A DNA stretch of 49,030 bases, from positions 1 through 49,030 of the forward strand of contig BTUM01000059.1 in assembly GCA_045863235.1 (NCBI GenBank). Reading direction: 5' to 3'. Shown here in pieces: positions 8,477 through 17,772 of the stretch. This DNA comes from Candidatus Xenobia bacterium (lineage in GTDB: Bacteria > Vulcanimicrobiota > Xenobia > Xenobiales > QWHO01). A model generated the notes under the pieces. The model was not told the DNA's origin and made no database searches. It saw nothing but the letters and a program-made list of their open reading frames with translations. Within the stretch, counting starts at the first letter, position 1, and each line of letters begins with the position of its first letter. The position numbers were made by a program, and so were the translations under genes.

Positions 8477-11293
8477 GTGGCCGTTAAGAAGGGCACGACC
8501 GCGCCTGTCGTCAAGACGGGAGACCTCGAAGCTCGCCTCAAGAAGGCCCTGGCCAGCGCCAATGAGCGCGTGGAGGAGCTGGAGGACAAGCTCGAGGCCA
8601 GTCAGGACAAGATCGACGATCTCGAGGATCAACTCGACGAGCTCGACGAGCAAAACCTCAAGCTCGAGCAGCAGAACAAAGAGCTGAACGAACAGCTCAA
8701 GGCCCGGGGCAAGAAACTCAAAGCCCTTCAGGCCAAGCTCGAGGCCGGGGGCGGAGGCTCGGAGGAGCTGAAGGCTGAGCTCGAGCAGCGCCAGCAGGAG
8801 CTGGAGGCCAGCCGCAAGGAGCTGGCCGAGCTGAAAGAGCGACTGGTCCGGCGTGACAAAGAGAGCAAGAGCCTCAAGGCTCAGCTCGAGAAGCTGCAAG
8901 GCCAGGGCGAGCTCGAGCAGGCTCGAGCCCGACTGGCCCAGCTTACCCGGCTGGAAAAGGACCTCGAGCACGCCAGACAGGCCGAGCAGGTGCTGAGCGG
9001 CGAGCTCGAGGCCCGCCAACGGCGCATCGAGGAGCTGGAGGAAGAGCGCCGCCTGCAAGATGAGGCCCTGCCTCCCACGGCCCTGGAGGCGATGGGTCAA
9101 GAGGCGCGCGAGGAGGTCACCCGGTTGGCCGCCCGCCTCTCCGAGGCCCGAGCCCAGGAAGGCAAGCTGAGCGTCAAGCTGGAGGCGGCGGTGGCCCGCA
9201 CCGGACGGCTGGAGGCTGAGCTGGCCACCGCCCTGGAAGAGCCCACCCGTCTCAAGGGCGAGCTGGAAGGCCTCAAGAGCGAAGCCTTCAAGCTGCGCAA
9301 CGAGCGCGAGGAGATGCAGCGCCGCCTGGCCGCCCTGGAAGCCGAGCTGGCCCGCTCCAAGACGAGTGTCAGCGAGCTCGAGCGCCGGCTGGCTCAGAGC
9401 GAGAAGCTGCAGCAGGCCGCCTTCTCACAGTCCGAGCGGGCCCGCGAGCTGGGCAACCTGCTGGCTGATGCCGACCGCGAGCTGGGCGAGATGCGCCAGC
9501 TCTCGGTGACGCTGGAGAAATCGTCCAGCTCGGCCTCCAGCGCACTGGCCGAGACCCGCCAGCGCACCAGTGAGCTCGAGGGGGTGATCACCCGCGGGGA
9601 ATCCCAGCTGCGCCACCTGCAGCACGAGTTGGCCCAGCGTCAAGCCGACCTCAAGGAGCGCGAGGCCCGGCTGGCTTTTGCCAATGAGCGGCTGGCGCAG
9701 CTCGAGCAGCGCTCCGTCGACCTGGAGGCAGCACTCGAAGCGGAGCGTCAGGCTCATCGCGAGATTGCCCTGGTGCGCAACGAGGATCTGGCCCGCCTGG
9801 AGCAGACCAGCACGGCCGTCAGCGAGTTGGAGCAGCTGCGTCAGGAGATGCAGAAGAAGCTCGACCAGAGCCAGGCCGAGCAGCAGCAGATGCGCCAGGA
9901 GCTGCAGAGCAAGCTCGACCTGGTCCAGACCGAGCGCGACAAGCTCCAGTCCAGCCTCAACGAGGCCGCAGCCGAGCAACTGAAGCTGCAAGCCCGGCAA
10001 GACGAGATCAACGCCGAGAAGGAAAGGCTGCAAGCCCAGCTCGACGAGGTCAAGGCGGAGCGTGAGAAGCTGAGCTCCCAGGCCGAGCAAGAGAAAGCGG
10101 CCCGCGCCAGCCTGGAAGAAGAGGTCGCGGGCTTGAAAGCGGCGCTGGAAACCCTCCGGATCGAGTTGGACGAGAAGGAAGCCATGTACGGCGAGCTCGA
10201 GCAGGATCGGGCGGCGCTGGAGGCAGCCTACAACGACCTCGAGCAGGAGAGCCGGACTCAGGGGGCAGAGGCAGCCACCCAGAAGAAACTCGTGGCCGAG
10301 CTCACCGATCAGCTCGCCGAGATCGAAAAGCGCCCCAAGTTCGACCCCGAGCAAGAGAAACAACTGCGCAAGGCCCGGGAGGAGCTGGAGAAGACCCGCA
10401 AGCTGGTGGACGGCCTGCAGAAGCTGGTCGACTCGGTGCAAGACCCCGAGGCGCTGATCAAGCGGGTCCGCCAGTTAGAGGCCGATCTGGCCGAAGAGCG
10501 CTCACGGGCCAAGGCGGCCGAATCTCTGGCCAACGAGCTGGAGTCAGCCCTCAACGAAGACCTGAAGAAGCTGGAGGCCGACGAACCCGCGGCCGAGCTG
10601 CTCAAGGCTCGCCAGAAGATCTCCCACCTGGAGAGCGAGCTCTCAGGCATCCGGCTGAAGTTGTTGGACGCCTATGCCCAGGGAGAGCGGCTCGAGGCCG
10701 AGGTTCTCAATCTTCGAGGGAAGGTCACTCAAGAGAAGGGGGAGTCCCTGCTCAAGAGCCAGGAAGTGGAGCAAGCCCGACTGGCGGCCATCAGGCAAAC
10801 TGCCGAGTTACAGCAGCAACTGGCCGAACGCGAGGAGCAACAAAAGCGCATGCAAGAGCTGCTTGATCGACTCGACACCCAGCGAGCCGACCTCGAGACC
10901 CAGTTGGCCATTACCCGGGCCGAGATGCAGGAAGCCATCCAGAAGGGGTGGCAGTCCTCGGATTCGGAGCGCAGCCTGCGCGAGCAGCTGCGGACCCAGC
11001 AAGAGCGCAACGAGAACCTGCGTGACAAACTGCGTCAGCGCGAAGAGGACGTCGAGGAGATGACTCGCGAGCGCCTGCACGCCCTGGCCAGCTCGGTCGA
11101 GGCTCGCGAAACGCTCGACGCCATGCAGTCCGAGGTCAACGTGGTGTTTGCCCGGCTGGTCAACCTGCGCGAAAAGCTCCGCAGCTGTGACCCGCGCGCC
11201 CTGACCGCTCTGGCCGAGCAGTTCCGCGAGCGCACCAGCCTGATCGACCGGATGAAGGTCCTGCGCGAGGTGCTCGAGCTTCCCAGCGAGTGA
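8477..11293 (+). CDS. very long coiled-coil protein (~940 aa)
   Basis: Continuous E/L/A/Q/K heptad pattern with no Walker A motif seen. GTG at 8477 follows a G-rich SD. Confidence 0.85.
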   Translation: MAVKKGTTAPVVKTGDLEARLKKALASANERVEELEDKLEASQDKIDDLEDQLDELDEQNLKLEQQNKELNEQLKARGKKLKALQAKLEAGGGGSEELKAELEQRQQELEASRKELAELKERLVRRDKESKSLKAQLEKLQGQGELEQARARLAQLTRLEKDLEHARQAEQVLSGELEARQRRIEELEEERRLQDEALPPTALEAMGQEAREEVTRLAARLSEARAQEGKLSVKLEAAVARTGRLEAELATALEEPTRLKGELEGLKSEAFKLRNEREEMQRRLAALEAELARSKTSVSELERRLAQSEKLQQAAFSQSERARELGNLLADADRELGEMRQLSVTLEKSSSSASSALAETRQRTSELEGVITRGESQLRHLQHELAQRQADLKEREARLAFANERLAQLEQRSVDLEAALEAERQAHREIALVRNEDLARLEQTSTAVSELEQLRQEMQKKLDQSQAEQQQMRQELQSKLDLVQTERDKLQSSLNEAAAEQLKLQARQDEINAEKERLQAQLDEVKAEREKLSSQAEQEKAARASLEEEVAGLKAALETLRIELDEKEAMYGELEQDRAALEAAYNDLEQESRTQGAEAATQKKLVAELTDQLAEIEKRPKFDPEQEKQLRKAREELEKTRKLVDGLQKLVDSVQDPEALIKRVRQLEADLAEERSRAKAAESLANELESALNEDLKKLEADEPAAELLKARQKISHLESELSGIRLKLLDAYAQGERLEAEVLNLRGKVTQEKGESLLKSQEVEQARLAAIRQTAELQQQLAEREEQQKRMQELLDRLDTQRADLETQLAITRAEMQEAIQKGWQSSDSERSLREQLRTQQERNENLRDKLRQREEDVEEMTRERLHALASSVEARETLDAMQSEVNVVFARLVNLREKLRSCDPRALTALAEQFRERTSLIDRMKVLREVLELPSE

Positions 11294-11407
11294 GTGGGCA
11301 ACGCCGGGAAATCAGGGGTGTAGCCGACTCTGGCGGGCACTCTCCACGACTTGCTCGGCGATAAGTTGCGTCCGCTCGTCCAGGCTGGCGACCTTCTGGC
11401 CAGCAAC

Positions 11408-11458
11408 CTACACTCCCGCGCGTTGACCTGTTCAGAATTGGAACGCGCGGGAGTGTAG
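11408..11458. repeat. 17-bp perfect inverted repeat (CTACACTCCCGCGCGTT / AACGCGCGGGAGTGTAG)
   Basis: Arms at 11408-11424 and 11442-11458 with a 17-nt loop, between convergent genes. Confidence 0.85.
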
Positions 11459-11516
11459 ACAATCTGTTGAACGGCGCCGCGCCAATTCCTAAAGTGCTCA
11501 ACGCGCGCCTTAAGAG

Positions 11517-11548
11517 AAAAGCCGCCGGGCTTGCGCCCGCCGACTTTC
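11517..11548 (-). terminator. probable intrinsic terminator after CarF-like gene
   Basis: On the minus strand, GTCGGCGGGC-GCAA-GCCCGGCGGC followed by TTTT. Confidence 0.55.
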
Positions 11549-11568
11549 CAGGCCAGTAAGAAAGGTTG

Positions 11569-12603
11569 TCAGTGCCGGTCTTCCGGCTTGTGGGTGCGGG
11601 CCTCGATGGCCTCCTCGATCTGGCGCCGTTTTTCGGCACGCAGTGCCATGCGGCGCTCATACTCGGCATCGAACTGTCCCTTGACGATCTCGCGGAAGAT
11701 CTTGCGGTTGACGCCCTGGTCCTTGAGGAACTGCTCTTCCGTGATCTCGCCCTTGGCGAAGGCTTTGACGCCCGGATCCTGCCAGCAGTGCGGCTCCTTG
11801 CCGGTCACATTGAAGATGAGGTTCTCCCACTTGCGGAAGAAGTGGGTCTTGCTCAAGAGCGGGTTCCACATCCCGTTGACGATGCAGTAGTTGTCCGCCC
11901 AGGGCATCTTGTGGTGGATGGCGTGGCTCTCACGCGGCTGCGTGATGTGAAGCTTCTGGAGAATCTTGGCGATGGTCGGAGGATTCTTCTCGTGCGTCCA
12001 GCGATGAGAGCCCTGAGCGATGAAGCTGCCGCCGGTCATGCCCAGCGTGAAGGCCTGCACGGCCCAGTGCGGACTGGTGGCGGCCACGGCGGCCATCGGG
12101 ACCCACATGTACTTGCCAGCCGCCGACATGTTGGTCCAGATGGTCTCGTTCTCAAGGTCGTGAATCTTGTGGTGGTGCACCTGGAACTCGTAGGCCATGT
12201 CGCCGATGATGGGGGTCTTGTAGGTGGGATAATTGTCGATGTAGTGATGGAAGATGCCGCTGCCAAGGTCGGCGGCCACGTGCCCGGCGGCGGCTGCCAC
12301 CAGCGAGCCGACCACCACACCCGCCGCGCCCGGGATGCTGCCGGTGGCGGCTGCTTGCATGCCGATGTTGGCGGCCAACCAGAGCCCCGAGCCGATGACG
12401 GCGCCACATGCCAGCTTGTTGGGCAGCGGGGTGGTCTTCGACTTCACGTCCTCGGGGACGATCTCCTCAGGGGCCGGGGTGTAGATCTCCAGGTTGGAGT
12501 GGTCCACTCCCCCCCCGGGAGTTTCCGCGGCTTTGCCGGCCGGCGCGCCGTTGGCGCTCTTCACCGAAGTCCAGTTATTGAGGGTCGCCTGTGCTAACTG
12601 CAT
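11569..12603 (-). CDS. CarF/TMEM189-family lipid desaturase with N-terminal extension
   Basis: His boxes HHYIDNY, FQVHHH, SHRWTH and HAIHH, followed by NYCIVNGMWN. ATG at 12603. Confidence 0.88.
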   Translation of the reverse strand: MQLAQATLNNWTSVKSANGAPAGKAAETPGGGVDHSNLEIYTPAPEEIVPEDVKSKTTPLPNKLACGAVIGSGLWLAANIGMQAAATGSIPGAAGVVVGSLVAAAAGHVAADLGSGIFHHYIDNYPTYKTPIIGDMAYEFQVHHHKIHDLENETIWTNMSAAGKYMWVPMAAVAATSPHWAVQAFTLGMTGGSFIAQGSHRWTHEKNPPTIAKILQKLHITQPRESHAIHHKMPWADNYCIVNGMWNPLLSKTHFFRKWENLIFNVTGKEPHCWQDPGVKAFAKGEITEEQFLKDQGVNRKIFREIVKGQFDAEYERRMALRAEKRRQIEEAIEARTHKPEDRH

Positions 12604-12750
12604 TGCTGTGTGCCTCGCCTTAGAGAATTGTCCAGAGTAAACACCCTGGGCCTGAAAGACTCCTGAAAAGCGCCACGACAATGTTTTCAGGTTGCTTTGA
12701 GGCCAGAACGGCATGGTAGTAGGGAATTTACCCAGAGGGGATCTTCTGTC

Positions 12751-13980
12751 ATGCAGCTCCAGGCCGCCACAATCGCCTATCATAACCGAGCTCAGCGGGC
12801 CAGCTCGGAGCCCACACCGCCTGCCGAAGGCGAGGCCCAGCCGGCCGCGGCCGAGCCCGAGGCGGAGTCGGCCCCGGCCAAGAAGAAGTTCGGCCATGAT
12901 GTGATCGACTACACAGGCCCCGAGGACGGACGCTCGGCTCCCAAGTACGGAGCCATCCTCCGCCCCCTCTCCAGAGCTCTCGTAGCCCTCAAGTATCGCG
13001 TCGAGGTCGAGGGGGAGGAGAATCTCCCCGCCAAGGGCGATGGCGGGCACATCTTCGCTCCCACCCATCCCAGTGTGTTCGACCCGGCGGTGGTCTACTC
13101 CGTGCTCGACCGCGACGTGCGCTCCATGGCCAACCAGCAGATCTTTCGGGGCATCGGCGGCAAGGTTCTCACCTGGGGCGGCGCCTTCCCGGTCAACCGC
13201 GAGGGTGCAGCCCCCGCCACCATGCGCCACACCAAGGAGATCATCGAAGCGGGCAAAGACCTGGTCATCTTCCCTGAGGGCACGATCCCCCAGGAAGAAT
13301 GGGATCACGGCACCGTCGCTCCCATCAAGAAAGGGGTGGCCGCGGCCGCCCTTTCGGGAGGAGCCAAATCGATCATCCCCATCGCTCTCCACTATGCCCC
13401 CGACGAGAAACCCCGCTACGGAGAACTTGCCGTGGGCATCCTGGCCGCCACCGCCTTGACCGCCGCCACCGTCTACGCCGGCGCCAACGGAGGTCTGACC
13501 GCCCGGGTGGCCACCGGGGCCCTCAGTGGAGCCCTCTTCGGAGCCAAGGTCTGGGGAGGCTTGAAGAAGCACAGCACTCCCGTGCGGGTGCCCTACAACC
13601 AGGCCCCCCGCTTCGGAGCCATGCTCAAAGGCGGCGCCCTGGGAGCGCTCACGGGCAGTATCCTGGGCGGCCTGGCCTGCGCTCTGGCACCGGATACGAT
13701 GGCACTGGTCGTGGGCGGCCTGGGGGCGGCCGGCACCATGGGCTTGAACGACGCCTGGCGCAACCGCTACGTGGCCAAGGTTCTGGTGGGAACGCCGATC
13801 GAGACAGACGCTTACCGACAGACCGGAACCAGGCCTCGAGAGGCCATCAACAGCCTGACGGAAGACCTGCACCGGGCCCTGGGCAAAGGCAAGGAGAAGC
13901 TGACCGGCACTCCCTACGATGAGAGCGCGCCCAAGTTCGCGGGGAAAATCGTGGAAACACTCAAGGGCCAGGAGCTCTGA
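12751..13980 (+). CDS. PlsC-family lysophospholipid acyltransferase with Gly-rich membrane insert
   Basis: THPSVFD (HxxxxD), GAFPVNR and IFPEGT motifs. ATG at 12751 after SD GAGGGG. Confidence 0.88.
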   Translation: MQLQAATIAYHNRAQRASSEPTPPAEGEAQPAAAEPEAESAPAKKKFGHDVIDYTGPEDGRSAPKYGAILRPLSRALVALKYRVEVEGEENLPAKGDGGHIFAPTHPSVFDPAVVYSVLDRDVRSMANQQIFRGIGGKVLTWGGAFPVNREGAAPATMRHTKEIIEAGKDLVIFPEGTIPQEEWDHGTVAPIKKGVAAAALSGGAKSIIPIALHYAPDEKPRYGELAVGILAATALTAATVYAGANGGLTARVATGALSGALFGAKVWGGLKKHSTPVRVPYNQAPRFGAMLKGGALGALTGSILGGLACALAPDTMALVVGGLGAAGTMGLNDAWRNRYVAKVLVGTPIETDAYRQTGTRPREAINSLTEDLHRALGKGKEKLTGTPYDESAPKFAGKIVETLKGQEL

Positions 13981-14746
13981 GACAGAGCCAGAGGGCCAGG
14001 GCCAGACGGTAGAGTGCAAAGGGCAGCAGTCCCCAGCGTGGGAGCACGGCCAGGCACAGGCGGATGGCCAGAAATCCACTGCTGGCCGCAGCCAGAACGC
14101 CCACCAGCAGGAGCAGCGGCTCGCCGCCCTCCCAGCGCAGCAGCTTGTAGAGCGTGGCTCCCAATATCACAGGGAAGCCGAGCAGAAAGCTGAAACGGGC
14201 AGCCTCGATCCTTGTGAGCCCCAGCATCCGGCCGGCCGCCATGGTCGTGCCCGAGCGCGAGGCTCCGGGAAACAGCGCCAACACCTGGCTCACTCCCACC
14301 ACCAGTGCTTGAGGCCAGCTCAACTCGCGCATCTCGAGCCGGCCCGGAGAACGGTCAGCCAGGGCCATGGCCAGTCCCACCAGAGCCAGCCAGAACGCCA
14401 CCGACAGCCCGCCCTGAAAGTGCGACTCCAGAAAATGCTCGAGCAGAAAGCCAACAGTGGCCACCGGCAGGCTGGCCAGAGCCAACCGTCCCAGCAGGCG
14501 TCGAGCAGCAGGGTCAGGCTCGCGACCTGGCCTCAGGCAGGAGAGCAAGCGGCTGAAGTCGGCCCGAAAGTAGGCCACCAGTGCGACCAGCGTGCCCCCG
14601 TGCAGGGCCACGTCAAAACTCTTCCCCAGGTAGGGCCAGCCGGCCAGCTCGGGGATGAGCCTTAAGTGGGCCGAGGAGGAGACCGGTAGAAACTCGGTCA
14701 GACCCTGAACCAGCCCCAGCAGTGCAGCCTGCTGGAGAGGGGTCAA
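13961..14746 (-). CDS. uppP: undecaprenyl-diphosphate phosphatase
   Basis: GLVQGLTEFLPVSSSAHL and PGASRSG motifs. Confidence 0.95.
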   Translation of the reverse strand: MTPLQQAALLGLVQGLTEFLPVSSSAHLRLIPELAGWPYLGKSFDVALHGGTLVALVAYFRADFSRLLSCLRPGREPDPAARRLLGRLALASLPVATVGFLLEHFLESHFQGGLSVAFWLALVGLAMALADRSPGRLEMRELSWPQALVVGVSQVLALFPGASRSGTTMAAGRMLGLTRIEAARFSFLLGFPVILGATLYKLLRWEGGEPLLLLVGVLAAASSGFLAIRLCLAVLPRWGLLPFALYRLALALWLCLRAPGP

Positions 14747-16506
14747 CGGTTGGCGGTCGTCCGGTTCATGTAGCGCGAGGCATACTGGCGCAGACCGTGG
14801 GCGATCCCCTCGGCGATGCGCTGTCGATACTCAGGGGTGTTGAGCAACTTGCCCTCGGTCATGTTGGAGAGGAAAGCGGTTTCGATCAGGACTGAAGGCA
14901 TACGACTGTGGGAGAGGACGTAGAAGCGGTTCTTCTGAATGCCCCGGTTGGCCCGTCCGGTTGCCGAAAGCAGATTGCCATGCAGTTCCTGGGCCAGCAG
15001 GTAGTCGCTGGACTTGTAGTAGTGCACCGAGGTGCCGTTGGCTCCGGCCCCTGCGGCGCTGTTGCAGTGGACGCTGACGAAGAGGTCGGCGCCGTAATCC
15101 TGAGCCACTTTGACCCGTGCCCCCAGCTCCTGACTGGCGCTGGAGCCTGCCCAGGAGACATCCACATCCTCGGTTCTCGTCATCACGACGTTCCAGCCAT
15201 CGCGTTTGAGGATCTCGGCCAGACGGAAGCAGATGTCCAGAGTGATGTCGGCCTCGCACACGCCCAGGGCCCGATTGATGGCCCCGGGGTCCGAGCCGCC
15301 GTGGCCGGCGTCGATGCAGATCACCCCGCCGATCTTGGGGAAGCTTGTGGCCCCGTAGCCCTGGTTGGAGGTGTACTCGACAGGAGTCTGGTCGAGCACT
15401 TCGATGACCAGGCTGTTGGGGGTATCGCCCGGCGTCAGGCGCGTCTGGGCCGGCTTGGAGAGCTCCATTACGACACGCACCACCGCCGCAGGCTCGGCTG
15501 AGAACTGAGACACGCGCACGTTCTGCAGGAAGCTCCCCTGAGCGGGAAAGTCTTGCTTGGGGCCGACCAGCGCCGCCTTGGGGATGTCGAGCACGAAGCG
15601 GTTGTCCGGCTCTTTGTAGCGCCGCCACTCATACTGAATCGGCCCGGAGGCGCTCAAGACCAGGCGGTGTCCCCCCACCATGGGCTCGAAAACCACCGAG
15701 GTGATCTTCTCTCCGGGAAACGCCTGGGCCGGAGCGGCGGTGGGACGCTCGACCGGCAGACTCAGATGGAAGGCCAGTTGCCCGGGAGTGCCCGAGGCCG
15801 GCCTCAGACTGACCCCGGGGGCGGTGGGCACGACGATCCGACTGACCGCAGGCCCGAGCTCGAACTGTCCCAGGCGGACTGTACCCAGCTGGGGGTGCTC
15901 GATCTTGTTGGAGCCGGCGTCGAGCACGGCCCCGGGGATGTCGATCACGTAGCGATCGGGCTCACGCAAGCTGAACGTCTTGCAGCGCACAGGCAAGGTG
16001 GAATCGATAACCAGACGCTGCCCGTCGATCTTGACCGAGCGAATCAGGGGCTCGAGCCAGGCGTTCTTGCCCTGCACGGTCAGCCGGGCGCCCAGCAGGT
16101 CTTCCAGGATGGAGAGAGGCACGTGGGGTTGCCCTTCGACCTCCTGAGCCACCACCTCGAGCTGGCGACCGGTGGGCTCATCGGGGAAGCGTTGCTGACC
16201 GAGCTCGAGGCGCTGGGTCTGGTTGCCTTTGCGGCTAACCAGAGCCTTGCCATCCCAGCTGAGCGAGACTCCGAACGAGCGCGCTAAAACAGCCAGTTCG
16301 GGTGCGCTGGCTGGCACCATGAATTCGTCCGGCAGGCTGGTGGCCATCAGTCCCAGGCTTACACTCCCCCCCGGGTACTTGACCTTGAGCTGCGTAGCAG
16401 CCTTGATCGTGACTTCGTGAGCCTCCGGGCCATCCTGAGCCAGGGCGACCAGCGGCAACCCGAGAGCGAAAAGGGCCAGCAAGGCCATCAGCCGCAGTTT
16501 TCTCAT
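14743..16506 (-). CDS. N-acetylmuramoyl-L-alanine amidase with AMIN domains
   Basis: Signal peptide, repeated P.R.V.DIP AMIN segments, and Amidase_3 motifs IDAGHGG, SVHCN and LIETAF. Confidence 0.92.
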   Translation of the reverse strand: MRKLRLMALLALFALGLPLVALAQDGPEAHEVTIKAATQLKVKYPGGSVSLGLMATSLPDEFMVPASAPELAVLARSFGVSLSWDGKALVSRKGNQTQRLELGQQRFPDEPTGRQLEVVAQEVEGQPHVPLSILEDLLGARLTVQGKNAWLEPLIRSVKIDGQRLVIDSTLPVRCKTFSLREPDRYVIDIPGAVLDAGSNKIEHPQLGTVRLGQFELGPAVSRIVVPTAPGVSLRPASGTPGQLAFHLSLPVERPTAAPAQAFPGEKITSVVFEPMVGGHRLVLSASGPIQYEWRRYKEPDNRFVLDIPKAALVGPKQDFPAQGSFLQNVRVSQFSAEPAAVVRVVMELSKPAQTRLTPGDTPNSLVIEVLDQTPVEYTSNQGYGATSFPKIGGVICIDAGHGGSDPGAINRALGVCEADITLDICFRLAEILKRDGWNVVMTRTEDVDVSWAGSSASQELGARVKVAQDYGADLFVSVHCNSAAGAGANGTSVHYYKSSDYLLAQELHGNLLSATGRANRGIQKNRFYVLSHSRMPSVLIETAFLSNMTEGKLLNTPEYRQRIAEGIAHGLRQYASRYMNRTTANR

Positions 16507-16555
16507 GTGCGCTCCTTCCGCGAATCAGACAGGTCAGGTCGAGCCAGGTTTCTCG

Positions 16556-16822
16556 TCAGCGCTGGCTTTTGATCGGTTGGGTGGGCGGCGAGGCCGCCGG
16601 ACGTTCGTGGACCAGGGTCCAGACAAATGAGCCCAGCATCAGGACCCCCCCCAGGAGCAGCAACCAGCCCCAGGGCAGCGGGCGGGCTTGAGAACGTTTG
16701 GCTCGACTCGAGCGGGGCCGGGGTGCGGAAGCAGCCCGGGTCTTCTTTTCCAGACCCTCGACGCTGCGTCGCATCCGGCGCACCGGCTCAGCCGAGCTAT
16801 GCTCACGAACCGCTCGACCCAT
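16556..16822 (-). CDS. small single-pass membrane protein
   Basis: Basic N-terminus followed by the hydrophobic helix WGWLLLLGGVLMLGSFVWTLV. Confidence 0.55.
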   Translation of the reverse strand: MGRAVREHSSAEPVRRMRRSVEGLEKKTRAASAPRPRSSRAKRSQARPLPWGWLLLLGGVLMLGSFVWTLVHERPAASPPTQPIKSQR

Positions 16823-17013
16823 ACGATAGGAAGTGCCGTTCAGACAACCTGGTCAGGCTCGGATGGGGCAGAGACGACATCCCTCCTCCTTTCGGGTCAA
16901 GTGTCTAAGAAATTTCTTCTCGACTTGAAGAAAATCCTTCGAGCGGAGGGAACGGCTGGAGTCGAGGCGGTACAAAGAGGCAAAGCTTCCTTCGACCCGA
17001 AACATGCGAACGC

Positions 17014-17772
17014 GTGTTGATCGATACCCACATCCATCTCGATGCCAAGGCCTATCATTCCGACTGGACAGCGGTGCTGGACCGGGCCGTGCTGGCCGGG
17101 GTGGCCCACGTGGTGGCCCCCGCCACCACCCTGGAATCCGCCCGCCGACTGCTTGAGATGGCCAGCCAGGATGACCGCGTTCGGCCCGCCGTAGGGGTGC
17201 ATCCTCACGAGGCGAGCTCCTGGCGTGACGAGCAACTCGGCGAACTGTCGGAATTGGTGGACCGGGCTGTGGCCGTGGGCGAGATCGGCCTTGACTTTCA
17301 CTACGACTTTGCCCCCCCCGAGCAGCAGCTGGGCTGCTTGCGCGCTCAGCTCGAGCTAGCCCGGGAGCACGCGCTGCCGGTCATCTTGCACTGCCGAGAA
17401 GCCGAAGAAACTCTCTACGAAGAGCTGAGCCGGGCCCGCCTGCCCGCTGGAGGCGTGGTCCACTGCTTCACAGGAGGATGGAAATGGGCCGAGCGGTTCC
17501 TCGAGCTGGGTTACTTTCTGGGCATCACAGGAATGGTCACCTTTCCCAAGCTGACCGAAGTGCACGAGGTTGCGCGCCGGATCCCGCTCGACCGGCTCCT
17601 GCTGGAAACCGACGGACCTTACCTGGCCCCCATTCCCTTCCGGGGCAAACGCAACGAGCCCGGCTACGTCCCCCTGATCGCGAGGAAGGTGGCCGAGTTG
17701 CGCGCCATAGATCCTGAGCAAGTGGCTCTGGCGACGAGTGCCTCAGCCACCAGACTGTTCGCCCGCCAGTGA
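17014..17772 (+). CDS. tatD: TatD-family hydrolase
   Basis: DTHIH, GVHPH, GEIGLD, LHCR, VHCF and LETDGP motifs. Confidence 0.95.
   Translation: MLIDTHIHLDAKAYHSDWTAVLDRAVLAGVAHVVAPATTLESARRLLEMASQDDRVRPAVGVHPHEASSWRDEQLGELSELVDRAVAVGEIGLDFHYDFAPPEQQLGCLRAQLELAREHALPVILHCREAEETLYEELSRARLPAGGVVHCFTGGWKWAERFLELGYFLGITGMVTFPKLTEVHEVARRIPLDRLLLETDGPYLAPIPFRGKRNEPGYVPLIARKVAELRAIDPEQVALATSASATRLFARQ

Noticed and set aside
11569..14079. 836-aa minus-strand ORF as a single protein
   Set aside because: The upstream part is the antisense shadow of the PlsC gene. The real CarF-like gene starts at ATG 12603.
17014..17772. tatD as the QatD component of a Qat defence system
   Set aside because: It looks like an ordinary housekeeping TatD, and there are no QueC-like or other qat genes nearby.
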